A stretch of DNA of 64,000 nt from an uncultured Ectothiorhodospiraceae bacterium (GCA_964401355.1 CAYNYJ010000003.1:2091-66090); one strand, 5' to 3'. Numbered from the stretch's first letter, positions 1 to 10,452 are shown. Notes: generated by a model not told the origin, from the sequence alone. A program made the numbers and translations.

Positions 1-1
1 G

Positions 2-82
2 CAATACATTCCCAACCGTTTGTTTTGGGCCCACAACGACGATGCCGACGATGAGCCCATGGAAAGCACACAACTGCATTAA
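2..82 (+). CDS. thiD: C-terminal fragment of hydroxymethylpyrimidine/phosphomethylpyrimidine kinase (runs off left edge)
   Basis: Frame from nt 2 reads QYIPNRLFWAHNDDADDEPMESTQLH*. The IPNRLFWA tail and the position just upstream of thiE-hemL fit the usual gammaproteobacterial thiD-thiE-hemL order. Confidence 0.55.
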   Translation, partial: QYIPNRLFWAHNDDADDEPMESTQLH

Positions 83-96
83 CGGTGTGGTTAACG

Positions 97-777
97 ATGC
101 GATATCTGGCCAGACCCCCAACCTACACCCTGCGTGAAAGACTGACTGGCCTCTACGCCATCACCGATGCCAACGACACAGACCCCTCACATCTTGTGGC
201 CGCCGTGGATCAAGCTCTTTCTGGCGGCGCGTCCATTATTCAGTACCGGGACAAAAGCCCCGCTACCGCAGAACATCAACAGCGCCGGGAAATAACCGCG
301 AATAGACTGCGCAGCCTCACCCAACAACACCACGCCTTACTGATCATCAACGACGATATCGCACTTGCCCAACACAGCAACGCCGATGGCGTACACCTTG
401 GTCAGCACGATAGCGACATCGCTGAAGCCCGAAAACGGTTAGGTGCCGATGCCATCATCGGCGTCTCGTGTTACAACCGTTTTTCGCTGGCACAACAGGC
501 GATTGACAACGGCGCCGATTACATCGCCTTCGGTCGCTTCTTTCCTTCCCGCACCAAGCCCGATGCGGCCCTCGCCAAACTGGAATTACTCCAGCAAGCC
601 AAATATGCTTTCACTGTCCCCATCGTCGCCATCGGCGGCATTACTGCCAACAACGGTGGAACACTGATTACCGCCGGTGCTGACATGCTTGCGGTGGTGG
701 ATGACCTGTTTGGAAAAACCAACATTGCATCCGCTGCCCATCGCTATCAATCTTTGTTCGATAGCAATATCGAATAA
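97..777 (+). CDS. thiE: Thiamine-phosphate synthase
   Basis: GLYAIT, IQYRDK, LIINDD, ADGVHLGQ, IGVSCYN, FFPSRTKP and VAIGGIT motifs. ATG at 97 preferred over GTG at 85. Confidence 0.95.
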   Translation: MRYLARPPTYTLRERLTGLYAITDANDTDPSHLVAAVDQALSGGASIIQYRDKSPATAEHQQRREITANRLRSLTQQHHALLIINDDIALAQHSNADGVHLGQHDSDIAEARKRLGADAIIGVSCYNRFSLAQQAIDNGADYIAFGRFFPSRTKPDAALAKLELLQQAKYAFTVPIVAIGGITANNGGTLITAGADMLAVVDDLFGKTNIASAAHRYQSLFDSNIE

Positions 778-797
778 CAGTATTTAGCCATCAAATT

Positions 798-980
798 ATT
801 AATCCGGCCGCTTTATAGACTGGGTTATTCTTGTAATAAAAGAGTACGGTGCAGGGACGCACCGCCGTTGGCGGTAGCCAACGCGAGCCCGCAAAACACA
901 AGAAAATTCGCACATTTTCGCCCGTGTTTTGCGGGCGACTCAAAATGAATCAGGATGATCTATTTTGAAGCCAGGTTAAT
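798..980. mobile_element. MITE-like structured repeat, family A, copy 1 (183 bp)
   Basis: Close paralog at 58178-58346. Imperfect terminal inverted repeats (ATTAATCCGGC at left; AGCCAGGTTAAT at right). Internal hairpins GTTGGC-GGTA-GCCAAC and CCCGCAAAACAC...GTGTTTTGCGGG. Confidence 0.75.
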
Positions 981-1061
981 AATACCTGTAGCGTCGTAAA
1001 TTGGAGTGATAACGTTTCACCCGGTCATGCTCATTTTCCCACGACGCATTTTCCAGAGACG

Positions 1062-1106
1062 AATTCCTCGGTAACAAATTCCTCAGTAACAAATTCCTCA
1101 GTAACA
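1062..1106. repeat. 15-bp tandem repeat x3 (AATTCCTCRGTAACA)
   Basis: Units at 1062, 1077 and 1092, with one mismatch. Confidence 0.9.
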
Positions 1107-1343
1107 AAAAGATACGCAACACCTTCGATCTCCGCAGCCATCACTAAAAAACGGAGTTCATCCTGCAAACCTGCGGTGTTTTTGTGTTGACGAATAGCGG
1201 GCGGCACAAACACACACAGTGCGCTGATACCACGCGGCCCTGTGATTTCCCGCACATCGGTTGCCAGCGCTCCCAAAACCCGCCAAAATATCGCTCCGAT
1301 TAAATAAATTTCATTATAAAACCCGTCCAAAACAGGTAAACCC

Positions 1344-2624
1344 ATGACACGTTCTCACGATCTTTTCGTTGCCGCCCAAAAACACATCCCCGGTGGCGTC
1401 AATTCACCGGTGCGCGCTTTCGCCGGTGTCGGCGGTGACCCGGTGTTTTTCAAATCCAGCAAGGGCGCGTACATCACCGATGAAGACGGCACAAGCTATG
1501 TGGATTACGTGGGTTCCTGGGGGCCAATGATCGTCGGCCATTCCCACCCCGAGGTGATCAAAGCGGTGCAGGACGTAGTCGCCAACGGCTTGGGATTTGG
1601 CGCACCTACCGCCCTCGAAACCACCATGGCCGACCGCGTCTGCGAGCTGGTACCGTCCATCGAGCTGGTGCGCATGGTCAGCTCTGGCACCGAAGCCACC
1701 ATGAGCGCAATCCGCCTGGCGCGCGGTTTCACCGGCCGTGACAAGATTGTGAAATTTGAGGGCTGTTATCACGGCCACGCTGACTCTCTGCTGGTGAAGG
1801 CCGGTTCTGGCGCATTGACCCTGGGCGTACCCACCTCACCGGGGGTGCCGGAAGCGCTGGCCTCGATGACCATCACCCTCACCTACAACGATATCGACTC
1901 GGTGAAACAGGCCTTTGCCGAAATCGGCAACGACGTGGCCTGCATCATCGTCGAACCCGTCGCCGGCAATATGAACTGCATCCCACCGCTACCCGGCTTC
2001 CTCGAAGGTCTGCGTGAAACCTGTGATGAATATGGCACGGTGCTGATCCTCGACGAGGTGATGACCGGCTTCCGCGTATCCCTCGGTGGTGCCCAGCAGC
2101 ACTACGGCATCACCCCTGATCTGACCACCCTGGGCAAAGTCATCGGCGGCGGCCTGCCGGTCGGTGCCTTTGGCGGCAAGCGTGAAATCATGGAACACAT
2201 CGCGCCGCTGGGCCCGGTATATCAGGCCGGCACCTTGTCGGGCAATCCGGTGTCCATGGCCGCCGGACTGAAAACCCTGGAACTGATTTCCAAACCGGGT
2301 TTTCACGATGGCCTCAGTACCGCCGCCACGGCCCTCTGCGAAGGCCTGAAAGCACGCGCCAAGGCTGCCGGAATTCCACTGACCACGAATCAAGTCGGCG
2401 GCATGTTCGGCTTCTTTTTCACGGAAGAAGAAACTGTCAGCAATTTTGCCCAGGTCTCGGCCTGTGATATCGAACGCTTCAAGACATTCTTCCACGGCAT
2501 GTTGGGCGAAGGGGTGTATCTGGCACCCTCCGCCTACGAGACCGGCTTTGTCTCTGCGGCCCACGGCGAGGCGGAAATTAACGCCACTCTGGACGCCGCC
2601 GAAAAAGTGTTCACCAGCTTGTAA
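1344..2624 (+). CDS. hemL: Glutamate-1-semialdehyde 2,1-aminomutase
   Basis: [48 protein letters not shown] lysine in [24 protein letters not shown]. Confidence 0.98.
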   Translation: MTRSHDLFVAAQKHIPGGVNSPVRAFAGVGGDPVFFKSSKGAYITDEDGTSYVDYVGSWGPMIVGHSHPEVIKAVQDVVANGLGFGAPTALETTMADRVCELVPSIELVRMVSSGTEATMSAIRLARGFTGRDKIVKFEGCYHGHADSLLVKAGSGALTLGVPTSPGVPEALASMTITLTYNDIDSVKQAFAEIGNDVACIIVEPVAGNMNCIPPLPGFLEGLRETCDEYGTVLILDEVMTGFRVSLGGAQQHYGITPDLTTLGKVIGGGLPVGAFGGKREIMEHIAPLGPVYQAGTLSGNPVSMAAGLKTLELISKPGFHDGLSTAATALCEGLKARAKAAGIPLTTNQVGGMFGFFFTEEETVSNFAQVSACDIERFKTFFHGMLGEGVYLAPSAYETGFVSAAHGEAEINATLDAAEKVFTSL

Positions 2625-3718
2625 TGCGCCCGTACCCGGCAGGGATGCCATGTAGCGACACAGGGAGGCACTTCTTGCTCCTGCTGGGCTTGATGCTCAG
2701 CATGAGCAGTATTCCCGTTGCCGCCGAACCCATCCCGGTACGCGTCCAGCCCTTCGCCGAGCTGGCCATCTATCCCCCATTGAGCGCCCCGGCCACGGTG
2801 GTGAGTGACAATCACAGCCGCATCACGGCCGAGGTTACTGCCCGCATTATGGACATCCCGGTGCGTCTGGGCGACACCGTCATCAAAAGCACACTGCTGG
2901 TACGCCTCAATCAACAAGATTTTGAATTGGCATTAATCCGTGCAGGCGCCGCATTGGGCGTATTAAAAGCAAAACTCGACCTGGCAAAATACCAACTCAA
3001 ACGCGCTCGCGCATTATCCAAAAAACAGGTCGTCTCCGAGCAATTGCTCAAACAACGCGAGGCGGAACGTAATTCCCTGCTGGCCGAACAACAGGGCAAA
3101 CAGGCCGCCTTTGCCCAGGCTCAACAACAATTAGATAAAGCCGAGATCCGCGCACCCTTCAACGCCGTGATTGTGGAACGCCTCGCCCAGGTGGGCGAAC
3201 TCGCCCGCCCTGGCACCCCCCTGCTGCGCATCATCGACATCGACAATCTGGAACTGGCGGCGAAAATACAGCCGGGCCAAGCACGCGCATTGCGACAAGC
3301 CTCTTCATCCCCAGAGACCTCGCCCACCTTTATCAGTCACGGGCAACGTTATGCATTAACGCTGCGAACCATCACCCCGGTGTTGGATACCCGGGCCCGC
3401 ACCCAGGAGGTACGGCTGCAATTTAGCGGCGATAAACCCTTGCCGGGCGCGACAGGGAGACTGGTCTGGTCGCCGAGCCAGGCCCACCTACCGGCAGAAC
3501 TTATCAGCCAACGCGACGGCAAGCTCGGCGTCTTTATTCAGGTGACGGACAAGACCCGATTTATGGCGCTGCCTAATGCGGACACTGGCCGACCCGCTAT
3601 CGCCGATTTCCCGCCAGATACCGCCATCATCACTGAGGGACGTTATCGTTTGCAGGACGGTGATCGCATCACCGTGCAAAGCACCGCACAAAACCCACCC
3701 CCTTCAGAGTCACCCTGA
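2624..3718 (+). CDS. RND efflux periplasmic adaptor (membrane fusion protein)
   Basis: Hydrophobic N-terminus, lipoyl-like half motifs (ITAEVTARI...VRLGDTV; IRAPFNAVI) and a coiled-coil hairpin. Overlaps the hemL stop (TAATG) and precedes an RND permease. Confidence 0.9.
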   Translation: MRPYPAGMPCSDTGRHFLLLLGLMLSMSSIPVAAEPIPVRVQPFAELAIYPPLSAPATVVSDNHSRITAEVTARIMDIPVRLGDTVIKSTLLVRLNQQDFELALIRAGAALGVLKAKLDLAKYQLKRARALSKKQVVSEQLLKQREAERNSLLAEQQGKQAAFAQAQQQLDKAEIRAPFNAVIVERLAQVGELARPGTPLLRIIDIDNLELAAKIQPGQARALRQASSSPETSPTFISHGQRYALTLRTITPVLDTRARTQEVRLQFSGDKPLPGATGRLVWSPSQAHLPAELISQRDGKLGVFIQVTDKTRFMALPNADTGRPAIADFPPDTAIITEGRYRLQDGDRITVQSTAQNPPPSESP

Positions 3719-3782
3719 TCGTCCCACAAGTTGAGTACAGGCCTGACAAACAGCGTTCGCAGCAAAATAACCAAACATAAAT

Positions 3783-6700
3783 ATGTGGCTTAAATCCTTT
3801 CTTGGTAATCATGTGCTGGCCAACGCCACCTTCGCGGTGGTGTTGCTGGTCGGTACACTCAGTTATTTGCAAATGCCGCGCGCACAGGATCCGGAGGTCA
3901 ACTTCAACTGGATCAGCATTATTACCGCGCTACCCGGCGCTTCCGCCGAAGATGTGGAAAAACGGGTCACCAACCCACTGGAAGAAGCTATCCGCAAAGT
4001 GCAGGACATCAAGTTTGTTTCCAGTACCAGCCGCGAAGGAATTGCCGACATCCTGGTACGTTTTGACGATATCAGCCCGCGCTTGTTCGACAAGCGCATT
4101 AATGATCTTCGCCGCGAGATTCAAAACAAGGCCAATGCAGAATTACCGGCTGAAGTCATCGACCCGGTGATTCTGGAGATCACCACCTCCAACAATTTCC
4201 CCACCGCCACCTTGATTCTCACCGGCGCCGCCAACGATGAGCTATTACGCAAAACTGCGCTCAATGTGCGCAAGGATTTGGAGCGCATCAACGGTGTTAG
4301 CAGCGTCCTCGAAGCGGGCCTGTCGGACCCCGAAATCAACGTCGCATTTGACCCCTCGACACTGCGTGACAAAGGCATTTCACCCACCCAACTGGCCAAC
4401 ACCGTGCGCCGTTATTTTCGGGATGTGGTCGCCGGTGACATGCGCATCGGCCAACAATCGTGGTTAGTTCGGGTGATCGGCAGCGATGCCGACCCGGGAT
4501 ACCTGGCAAGCCTGCCCATCATCGGCAGCGAACAACACGTCAATATTGGCGAGGTGGCCGAGGTCAGTTGGAGCCACGACACATTCAGCAAACTGTCACG
4601 CCACAATGGCCGGCCTGGAATAACCCTCGCCGTCACCAAGCAGGCCTCGGCCAACATTCTCGACCTGGTCGAACGTATCAACCACTATCTTGAGCAAAAA
4701 GAAGCGCTGCTGACAGCATCCGGACTGGAGCTCACACTGCTCGACGACCAGACCGAAAGCACTCGCGAGGCCATCAAAATTATGCAGAGCAATGCCCTGC
4801 TCGGCTTAGCGCTGGTGGTATTGATCACCTGGATATTTCTTGGCGCACACATCGCCTTTTTTATCGGCATCGGTATTCCCTTCTCACTGGCCGGCACCTT
4901 TTGGCTACTCAGCGTTAGCGGACAAACGCTCAATCAAAATATTCTGCTCGGCGTAGTCATCGTGCTCGGCATGTTGGTGGATGATGCGGTGGTGGTGGTG
5001 GAAGCCATTTACTATCGCATCCAGCGAGGCGCGCAAAGTATGCAGGCGGCCATTGACGCCTTGAAAGAAGTCTTCACCCCGGTGACCGCCTCGGTGACCA
5101 CCACCATGGCGGCCTTCCTGCCGTTGATGCTCATGCCCGGCATCGTCGGGCAATTTATGTTCGTGGTGCCGTTTGTGGTATCCGTGGCGCTGGCCATCAG
5201 CCTGCTGGAAGCCTACTGGATGTTGCCGGTGCATATTTCCATGAGCAAACTCGATATGTCATCGCCGGGCAAGCTGCAACGCTGGCGCACACGATTCACT
5301 CACTGGCTGCGTCTCAAATACAGCAAACTGTTGATTCGGGTGCTGCGTAAACCCAAACGTTCAATCGCCGTGGTGCTCGCGTTGTTCCTGGTCGCAATAA
5401 CGATCATCGGCAGCGGCATGGTGCGCATCAATTTTTTTGCCTTCGACCCCATGCGCGCCTTTTACATCAATGTGGAGATGCCACCCGGCAGCACCCTGCA
5501 AGATACCCTGAATACCGTGGAAGCTATCGCCAACAAAGCGTCATTACATTTGCGTGATGACGAGAGCCGCGCAGTAAGCGCCACTGCCGGGCAGATGTTT
5601 ACTGATGTCGCGCCATTCTTTGGCGACAACTACGGCCAGGTGTTTATCAGCCTGAAGCCAAAGAGCGGCGACATGCGCGGCGTCAATGACATCATTGAAT
5701 CCATGCGCGCAGATGTGATGGCCACACCAGCGCCACGTCTGATCACTTTCTTCAAACTGTCCAAAGGACCACCGGTCACCAAAGCCATCAGCATCAAAGT
5801 GCGGGGAGACAATTTTGCCGAGTTGCGTGCAGCAACGGATGCTCTGCGCAACATTCTATCGGCGATTCCTGCGGTGAGTGATATCTCCGACAACGACAGC
5901 CCCGGAAAACACCAACTCAAACTGCAATTGGATAACGACGCCATCCACCGCAACGGTTTAAATCCCGCCGATGTGGCCAACACGGTGCGTCTGTTATTTG
6001 ATGGTGAGGTGGTCGCATCGATGCAACACGAATCAGAGCGCGTGGAAATCCGTGTGCAAGCAAAACGCACTCGCCTGCACAGCATCGATCAATTACTGGA
6101 AATACCACTCAGCCTGCCGCAGGGCGGCGAGATACCCCTGGGTCAATTACTCCACGCCGAAACCGGCCTCAGTCGCAGCAACATCCGTCACCATAATTTC
6201 CGCCGCGCCATCAGCGTCGAGGCCGAACTCGACAAACTGCAAATGAATACACTGGAGGCGAATAAACGGATCATGGCAGACTGGCAAAAAATTCACCTGC
6301 AGCACCCCACGGTCGATCTGGATTATTCCGGCGAACTGGAAGACATCCAGGAAAGCCTGGATGCCATGCTGGGGTTATTCCTGTTCGGTGTTGGGCTGAT
6401 TTATTTAATCATCGGCACCCAGTTCAGAAGCTACTGGCAACCGCTGATGATCCTCGCCACCGTGCCCTTGGCGTTTACCGGTGTCACCTTCGGCTTGCTA
6501 GCCACCGGTAATCCGTTAAGTTTGTTCACCCTGTACGGCGTCGTGGCGCTGGTGGGCATTGCAGTCAACGCCGCCATCGTCATGATCGACGCCGCCAATC
6601 GACGCTTAGCCGCTGGCATGAGCGTATTGCACGCCACCATTTATGCCGCACGCCGACGTGTAGTGCCGATTATCATCACCTCACTGACCACCATCGCCGG

Positions 6701-6860
6701 ATTATTTTCGCTGGCCACCGGACTGGCCGGTGAATCCTTGATCTGGGGGCCCGTGGCCTCGGCCATCGTCTGGGGACTGGCTTTCTCCACGGTGTTGACA
6801 CTTTTTGTTATACCGCTGCTGTACCTCACGTTTATGCGAAAGTCTCATTCACAATATTAA
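3783..6860 (+). CDS. RND family efflux permease (AcrB/AcrD/AcrF superfamily)
   Basis: 1025 aa with two 6-TM halves and large periplasmic loops. AEDVEKRVTNPLEEAI, GMLVDDAVVVVE proton-relay motif, RRVVPIIITSLTTIAG. Confidence 0.95.
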   Translation: MWLKSFLGNHVLANATFAVVLLVGTLSYLQMPRAQDPEVNFNWISIITALPGASAEDVEKRVTNPLEEAIRKVQDIKFVSSTSREGIADILVRFDDISPRLFDKRINDLRREIQNKANAELPAEVIDPVILEITTSNNFPTATLILTGAANDELLRKTALNVRKDLERINGVSSVLEAGLSDPEINVAFDPSTLRDKGISPTQLANTVRRYFRDVVAGDMRIGQQSWLVRVIGSDADPGYLASLPIIGSEQHVNIGEVAEVSWSHDTFSKLSRHNGRPGITLAVTKQASANILDLVERINHYLEQKEALLTASGLELTLLDDQTESTREAIKIMQSNALLGLALVVLITWIFLGAHIAFFIGIGIPFSLAGTFWLLSVSGQTLNQNILLGVVIVLGMLVDDAVVVVEAIYYRIQRGAQSMQAAIDALKEVFTPVTASVTTTMAAFLPLMLMPGIVGQFMFVVPFVVSVALAISLLEAYWMLPVHISMSKLDMSSPGKLQRWRTRFTHWLRLKYSKLLIRVLRKPKRSIAVVLALFLVAITIIGSGMVRINFFAFDPMRAFYINVEMPPGSTLQDTLNTVEAIANKASLHLRDDESRAVSATAGQMFTDVAPFFGDNYGQVFISLKPKSGDMRGVNDIIESMRADVMATPAPRLITFFKLSKGPPVTKAISIKVRGDNFAELRAATDALRNILSAIPAVSDISDNDSPGKHQLKLQLDNDAIHRNGLNPADVANTVRLLFDGEVVASMQHESERVEIRVQAKRTRLHSIDQLLEIPLSLPQGGEIPLGQLLHAETGLSRSNIRHHNFRRAISVEAELDKLQMNTLEANKRIMADWQKIHLQHPTVDLDYSGELEDIQESLDAMLGLFLFGVGLIYLIIGTQFRSYWQPLMILATVPLAFTGVTFGLLATGNPLSLFTLYGVVALVGIAVNAAIVMIDAANRRLAAGMSVLHATIYAARRRVVPIIITSLTTIAGLFSLATGLAGESLIWGPVASAIVWGLAFSTVLTLFVIPLLYLTFMRKSHSQY

Positions 6861-6917
6861 GGAAGAGACTGGTAAACTACCTGCTCGCAGTCTTAAACAA
6901 TACAGCAGCCGTAAAAC

Positions 6918-9821
6918 ATGGTTATAAATATAAAGCACATTGTATTATTATTTTCGGTACTTGTCGGCACAGCCTCTAATTTCAGTTTTGCCGCCCTCAC
7001 ACAAGACCCATCGTTGAACTGGAAAACACTCTACACCGAGCATTTCGAGATCCACTTTCATGAAGGTGAAACGCCCTTGGCAAAACGAGTGGGCAACATT
7101 GCCGAATCGGTACACACCCGGCTCACCAGCAGCTTGAACTGGACACCACGTCAGCGCACGCAAATCATACTGACCGACCGTTTTGATTTTGCCAATGGCT
7201 CAGCTACCCCCATCCCCCGCAACGAAATGCGTCTACTGGTCACGCCCCCTGCCAGCAACAGCGTGATCGCCGACCATGATGACTGGCTGGAGTTGCTCAT
7301 CATTCATGAATACACCCATATTCTGCATCTCGACAAAGTCAGTGGCCTGCCCGCTATGCTGCGCACACTGTTTGGCCGCAACCTGCTGCTGTTTCCTAAC
7401 CTGTTGCAGCCTCCCTGGCTCATCGAGGGTCTGGCGACCTACCAGGAAACGAATACAAAAACGGGCATCGGCCGCGGACAAAGCAGGCAGTTTCGCGGCC
7501 TGATGCGACAGGAAGTCGTCTCCGGCATCAAACCCCTGCACCAGGTCAACCAGCCATTAACCAGCTGGCCACTGAACACCGTGCGTTATCTCTACGGCGT
7601 GTATTTTTATCAGTTTATGGCAGAACGTTACGGCGCAGATAAAATCACCGAACTGGTGGAACAATACAGCAACAACCTGCTGCCCTTCGCCATTAACCGC
7701 AACAGCAAGCGTGTTCTGGGCAAAAACATGACGGATCTGTGGCAGGAATTTAACGATTATTTAAAGAAAGAATTTTCTCCTGAGATTAAACGCATTCAGG
7801 ACGCCGGTGAAGTTTCGGGTCAACAACTGACACACACGGGTTATTTCACACGCTCACCGCAGCTGGCCGCCAATGGCGATATTTACTACCTGCAAAATGA
7901 CCTGCAATCCGAGCCACGGCTTATGGTGCTCCGGCACCAAAACACTCAGACAGAAATCCTTGCCGAGGTACGTGGAAGCCGTTTTGATTTGCATCCCACT
8001 GCCGGCATCGTGGGTGCAGAAATCAACGCCATCAACACCACCAACCTGTTTTCAGACCTTTATCACATCGACCTCAGCACGGGTAACAAAACGGCATTGA
8101 CCCAAGGTGCACGTTACCTGTACGCGACCTGGAGCCCGGATGGCCAGGAAATTATCGCGGTACACAATCAGCTGGGGCAACATGCCCTGCATCGACTGGA
8201 TGCCCACGGCACTAAAATGGAAACCCTCTGGCAGGGTACGGACTTCACGGCTATTAGCGCCATTGACTGGTCTCCCGATGGCCGCACACTGATAATGTCG
8301 GTGTGGCGCCCCGCAAGCCTGTGGAACCTCGAGCGCTTTGATATTCATAGCCGCCAATGGACGCGACTCAGCCACAGCGAAAATATCGAAACCAGCCCAC
8401 GTTTTAACAGCAACGGAACCGCCATTATTTTCAGCGCCGACTATGACGGCGTATTTAATATTTACCGGCAAACACTGGACAGTGGCAAGCTGGAAAAAAT
8501 CACCCACCTCATCGGTGAAGCCCGTTCCCCGGCACTCCGCCGCACGGCATCTGGCGAGCAACTGGTTTACATCGGCCTGGGTGAAAACGGATACGACCTG
8601 TTTCAAATTCCACACATCAAACCACTTGTCGTCCTGAAAACTTTTGATGCGGCGGCAGCCACCAAACCAAATATCCAACCACACATTGAGGCTCATGCCC
8701 AGCAACAGCCCGACACGCAAGCGAGCATCATTGAGCCATACAATGCCTTGTCACGCATCACACCCACCTCCTGGTTTCCCTACTTCCAGTTTGATGATGT
8801 GCGCAGTGAAATCGGCCTCACCACCTTCGGCGCCGACCCACTGCGGCGACATTCTTACAATGCCTTGCTGGGATATGATACCGACCAACAATGGTTCGCC
8901 GGGCGCTTCAATTATATTTATGACCGCTGGAACCCCACCCTTAAATTTTCCTTTCATCGACAAATACTGGCCTTTTTGGACAACAGCAGAGAAGTGCAGC
9001 GTTACCGAAATTCAGACACTCTTTCCGCAGAAGCCGTCTGGCCTTTTTTTCGTTATGAGCAACAGTGGTTATTACATGCCGGGCTGATCAACGAATCGGA
9101 ATCTGATAAAAGAATCCTTTCCAGCTTTGGCCCGCTACAAACTTTTTATGATCGCATTACCGGGCTCGCCGTGAGTTACAACTCAGCCCGCCGCTATACG
9201 CGCTCCATCAGCCCCAGTTACGGCCGACAATTTCGATTGATAGCGGAAGACAATGAGATTCTTGACAGTGATTTTAGCGGCCAGGTCTACACCCTCGACT
9301 GGCGGGAGCTGATCGATCTGCCCGGGCAACACGTCTTCGCCGCTCGCACCGTTGTCGGTTGGGGGACGGACAGTCCACGCGCATTCCGCCTCGGCGGCAC
9401 CTTGGAGACCAGCGTACCGCCTTCGCCACAAGCTGCCGCTCGCGCAGTCACCCAGAATATTTTCGGCCAACGTCGTTACCCATTACACGGTTATAAAGAA
9501 GGCCGTGCCGATTTGCGCGGCCGGCGCATGGTACTGATCGAAGCGGAATGGCGTTTCCCCATTGCATTGATTGAACGTGGCTTCATGGCACCACCCATCG
9601 GTCTGCATCAAATCCACGGCAAACTGCGTTACAACTGGGGGGAAAGCTGGAATCAAAACGACATATTACCGGTACTGCGCCGCGGTGCCGGTATCGAAAT
9701 CACCGCCGAACTGGTAATCGGATACGGGTTGCCCATGAACCTGCGCATTGGTTACGCCCAGGGTTTTGATCAAGGCGGTGAAGAGCAAGCTTATATCGAA
9801 GCCCGCATACCCTTCATTTAA
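6918..9821 (+). CDS. Outer-membrane protein: N-terminal gluzincin-like peptidase domain + TolB/PD40 beta-propeller + C-terminal Omp85 (BamA/TamA)-like barrel
   Basis: Signal peptide; HEYTH followed by WLIEGLA (HExxH plus distal Glu); repeated WSPDG/FNSNG blades; barrel-like C-terminus with PLHGY...EAEWRFPI and an aromatic-rich end (AYIEARIPFI). Confidence 0.75.
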   Translation: MVINIKHIVLLFSVLVGTASNFSFAALTQDPSLNWKTLYTEHFEIHFHEGETPLAKRVGNIAESVHTRLTSSLNWTPRQRTQIILTDRFDFANGSATPIPRNEMRLLVTPPASNSVIADHDDWLELLIIHEYTHILHLDKVSGLPAMLRTLFGRNLLLFPNLLQPPWLIEGLATYQETNTKTGIGRGQSRQFRGLMRQEVVSGIKPLHQVNQPLTSWPLNTVRYLYGVYFYQFMAERYGADKITELVEQYSNNLLPFAINRNSKRVLGKNMTDLWQEFNDYLKKEFSPEIKRIQDAGEVSGQQLTHTGYFTRSPQLAANGDIYYLQNDLQSEPRLMVLRHQNTQTEILAEVRGSRFDLHPTAGIVGAEINAINTTNLFSDLYHIDLSTGNKTALTQGARYLYATWSPDGQEIIAVHNQLGQHALHRLDAHGTKMETLWQGTDFTAISAIDWSPDGRTLIMSVWRPASLWNLERFDIHSRQWTRLSHSENIETSPRFNSNGTAIIFSADYDGVFNIYRQTLDSGKLEKITHLIGEARSPALRRTASGEQLVYIGLGENGYDLFQIPHIKPLVVLKTFDAAAATKPNIQPHIEAHAQQQPDTQASIIEPYNALSRITPTSWFPYFQFDDVRSEIGLTTFGADPLRRHSYNALLGYDTDQQWFAGRFNYIYDRWNPTLKFSFHRQILAFLDNSREVQRYRNSDTLSAEAVWPFFRYEQQWLLHAGLINESESDKRILSSFGPLQTFYDRITGLAVSYNSARRYTRSISPSYGRQFRLIAEDNEILDSDFSGQVYTLDWRELIDLPGQHVFAARTVVGWGTDSPRAFRLGGTLETSVPPSPQAAARAVTQNIFGQRRYPLHGYKEGRADLRGRRMVLIEAEWRFPIALIERGFMAPPIGLHQIHGKLRYNWGESWNQNDILPVLRRGAGIEITAELVIGYGLPMNLRIGYAQGFDQGGEEQAYIEARIPFI

Positions 9822-9965
9822 GGAACCTCTGATTTATTCTGGACGAAGTAGGTTGTGATCTGAAATGTTCAGATTCACCACCAAAAGTAGGCGCTTTAGG
9901 CGACGCAGAAGCTGGATATTTCAGGCACAAGGTACGAGTTCATGAATAGATCAGAGATTCCTTAA
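9818..9965. mobile_element. MITE-like element, family B (148 bp, 22-bp TIRs ending in TTAA)
   Basis: Left TTAAGGAACCTCTGATTTATTC versus reverse complement of right end TTAAGGAATCTCTGATCTATTC (20/22). Internal hairpin GTGATCTGAA-ATG-TTCAGATTCAC. Related shorter copy at 29392. Confidence 0.75.
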
Positions 9966-9972
9966 AACGGCA

Positions 9973-10452
9973 TCAGGTCGAGGCTTTTGTACAACCACTG
10001 AGGCGTAATTGAGGCGGATTAAAACTGAAGGTGAAATCACCGGCCTTGCGTAAGGCGTTCAAACCCAGAATATGGCGGGTATTGCCGGGAAATACCGCGG
10101 CCTCCACAGCGTGCAGTACACAGTCTGCCCCCAGCCGTACATAGGCAATCCGGTAAACCGGATAAACGTTGCGCTGACCGTTGGCCAATATCCCGGTCAG
10201 TGGTTTGACGTAAGTCACTTCCCCTTTTTCACGCAAGATGGCCAGGGTGTGTTGGTTGATGGTCATGTAGCCGGAGCCGGTATCGAGCATAAACTCTGTC
10301 ACAGCCAAACCGCGAATACTGCCCTTAATGTAAAAGGTATTGGCGCTCTTATCGTGCATGGGAATGGGCTCTGCCAGCAACATCTGTATCGGCGCAAGCA
10401 TCAACAGCACTTGGCCTTTATTTCTTACCCCGTTTAACGTCCAGACCGACAA
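9973..10452 (-). CDS. Retropepsin-like (clan AA) aspartyl protease
   Basis: FMLDTGSGYMTI catalytic DTG motif, LANG flap and ILGLNAL motif. Start codon uncertain. Confidence 0.85.
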   Translation of the reverse strand: MSVWTLNGVRNKGQVLLMLAPIQMLLAEPIPMHDKSANTFYIKGSIRGLAVTEFMLDTGSGYMTINQHTLAILREKGEVTYVKPLTGILANGQRNVYPVYRIAYVRLGADCVLHAVEAAVFPGNTRHILGLNALRKAGDFTFSFNPPQLRLSGCTKAST

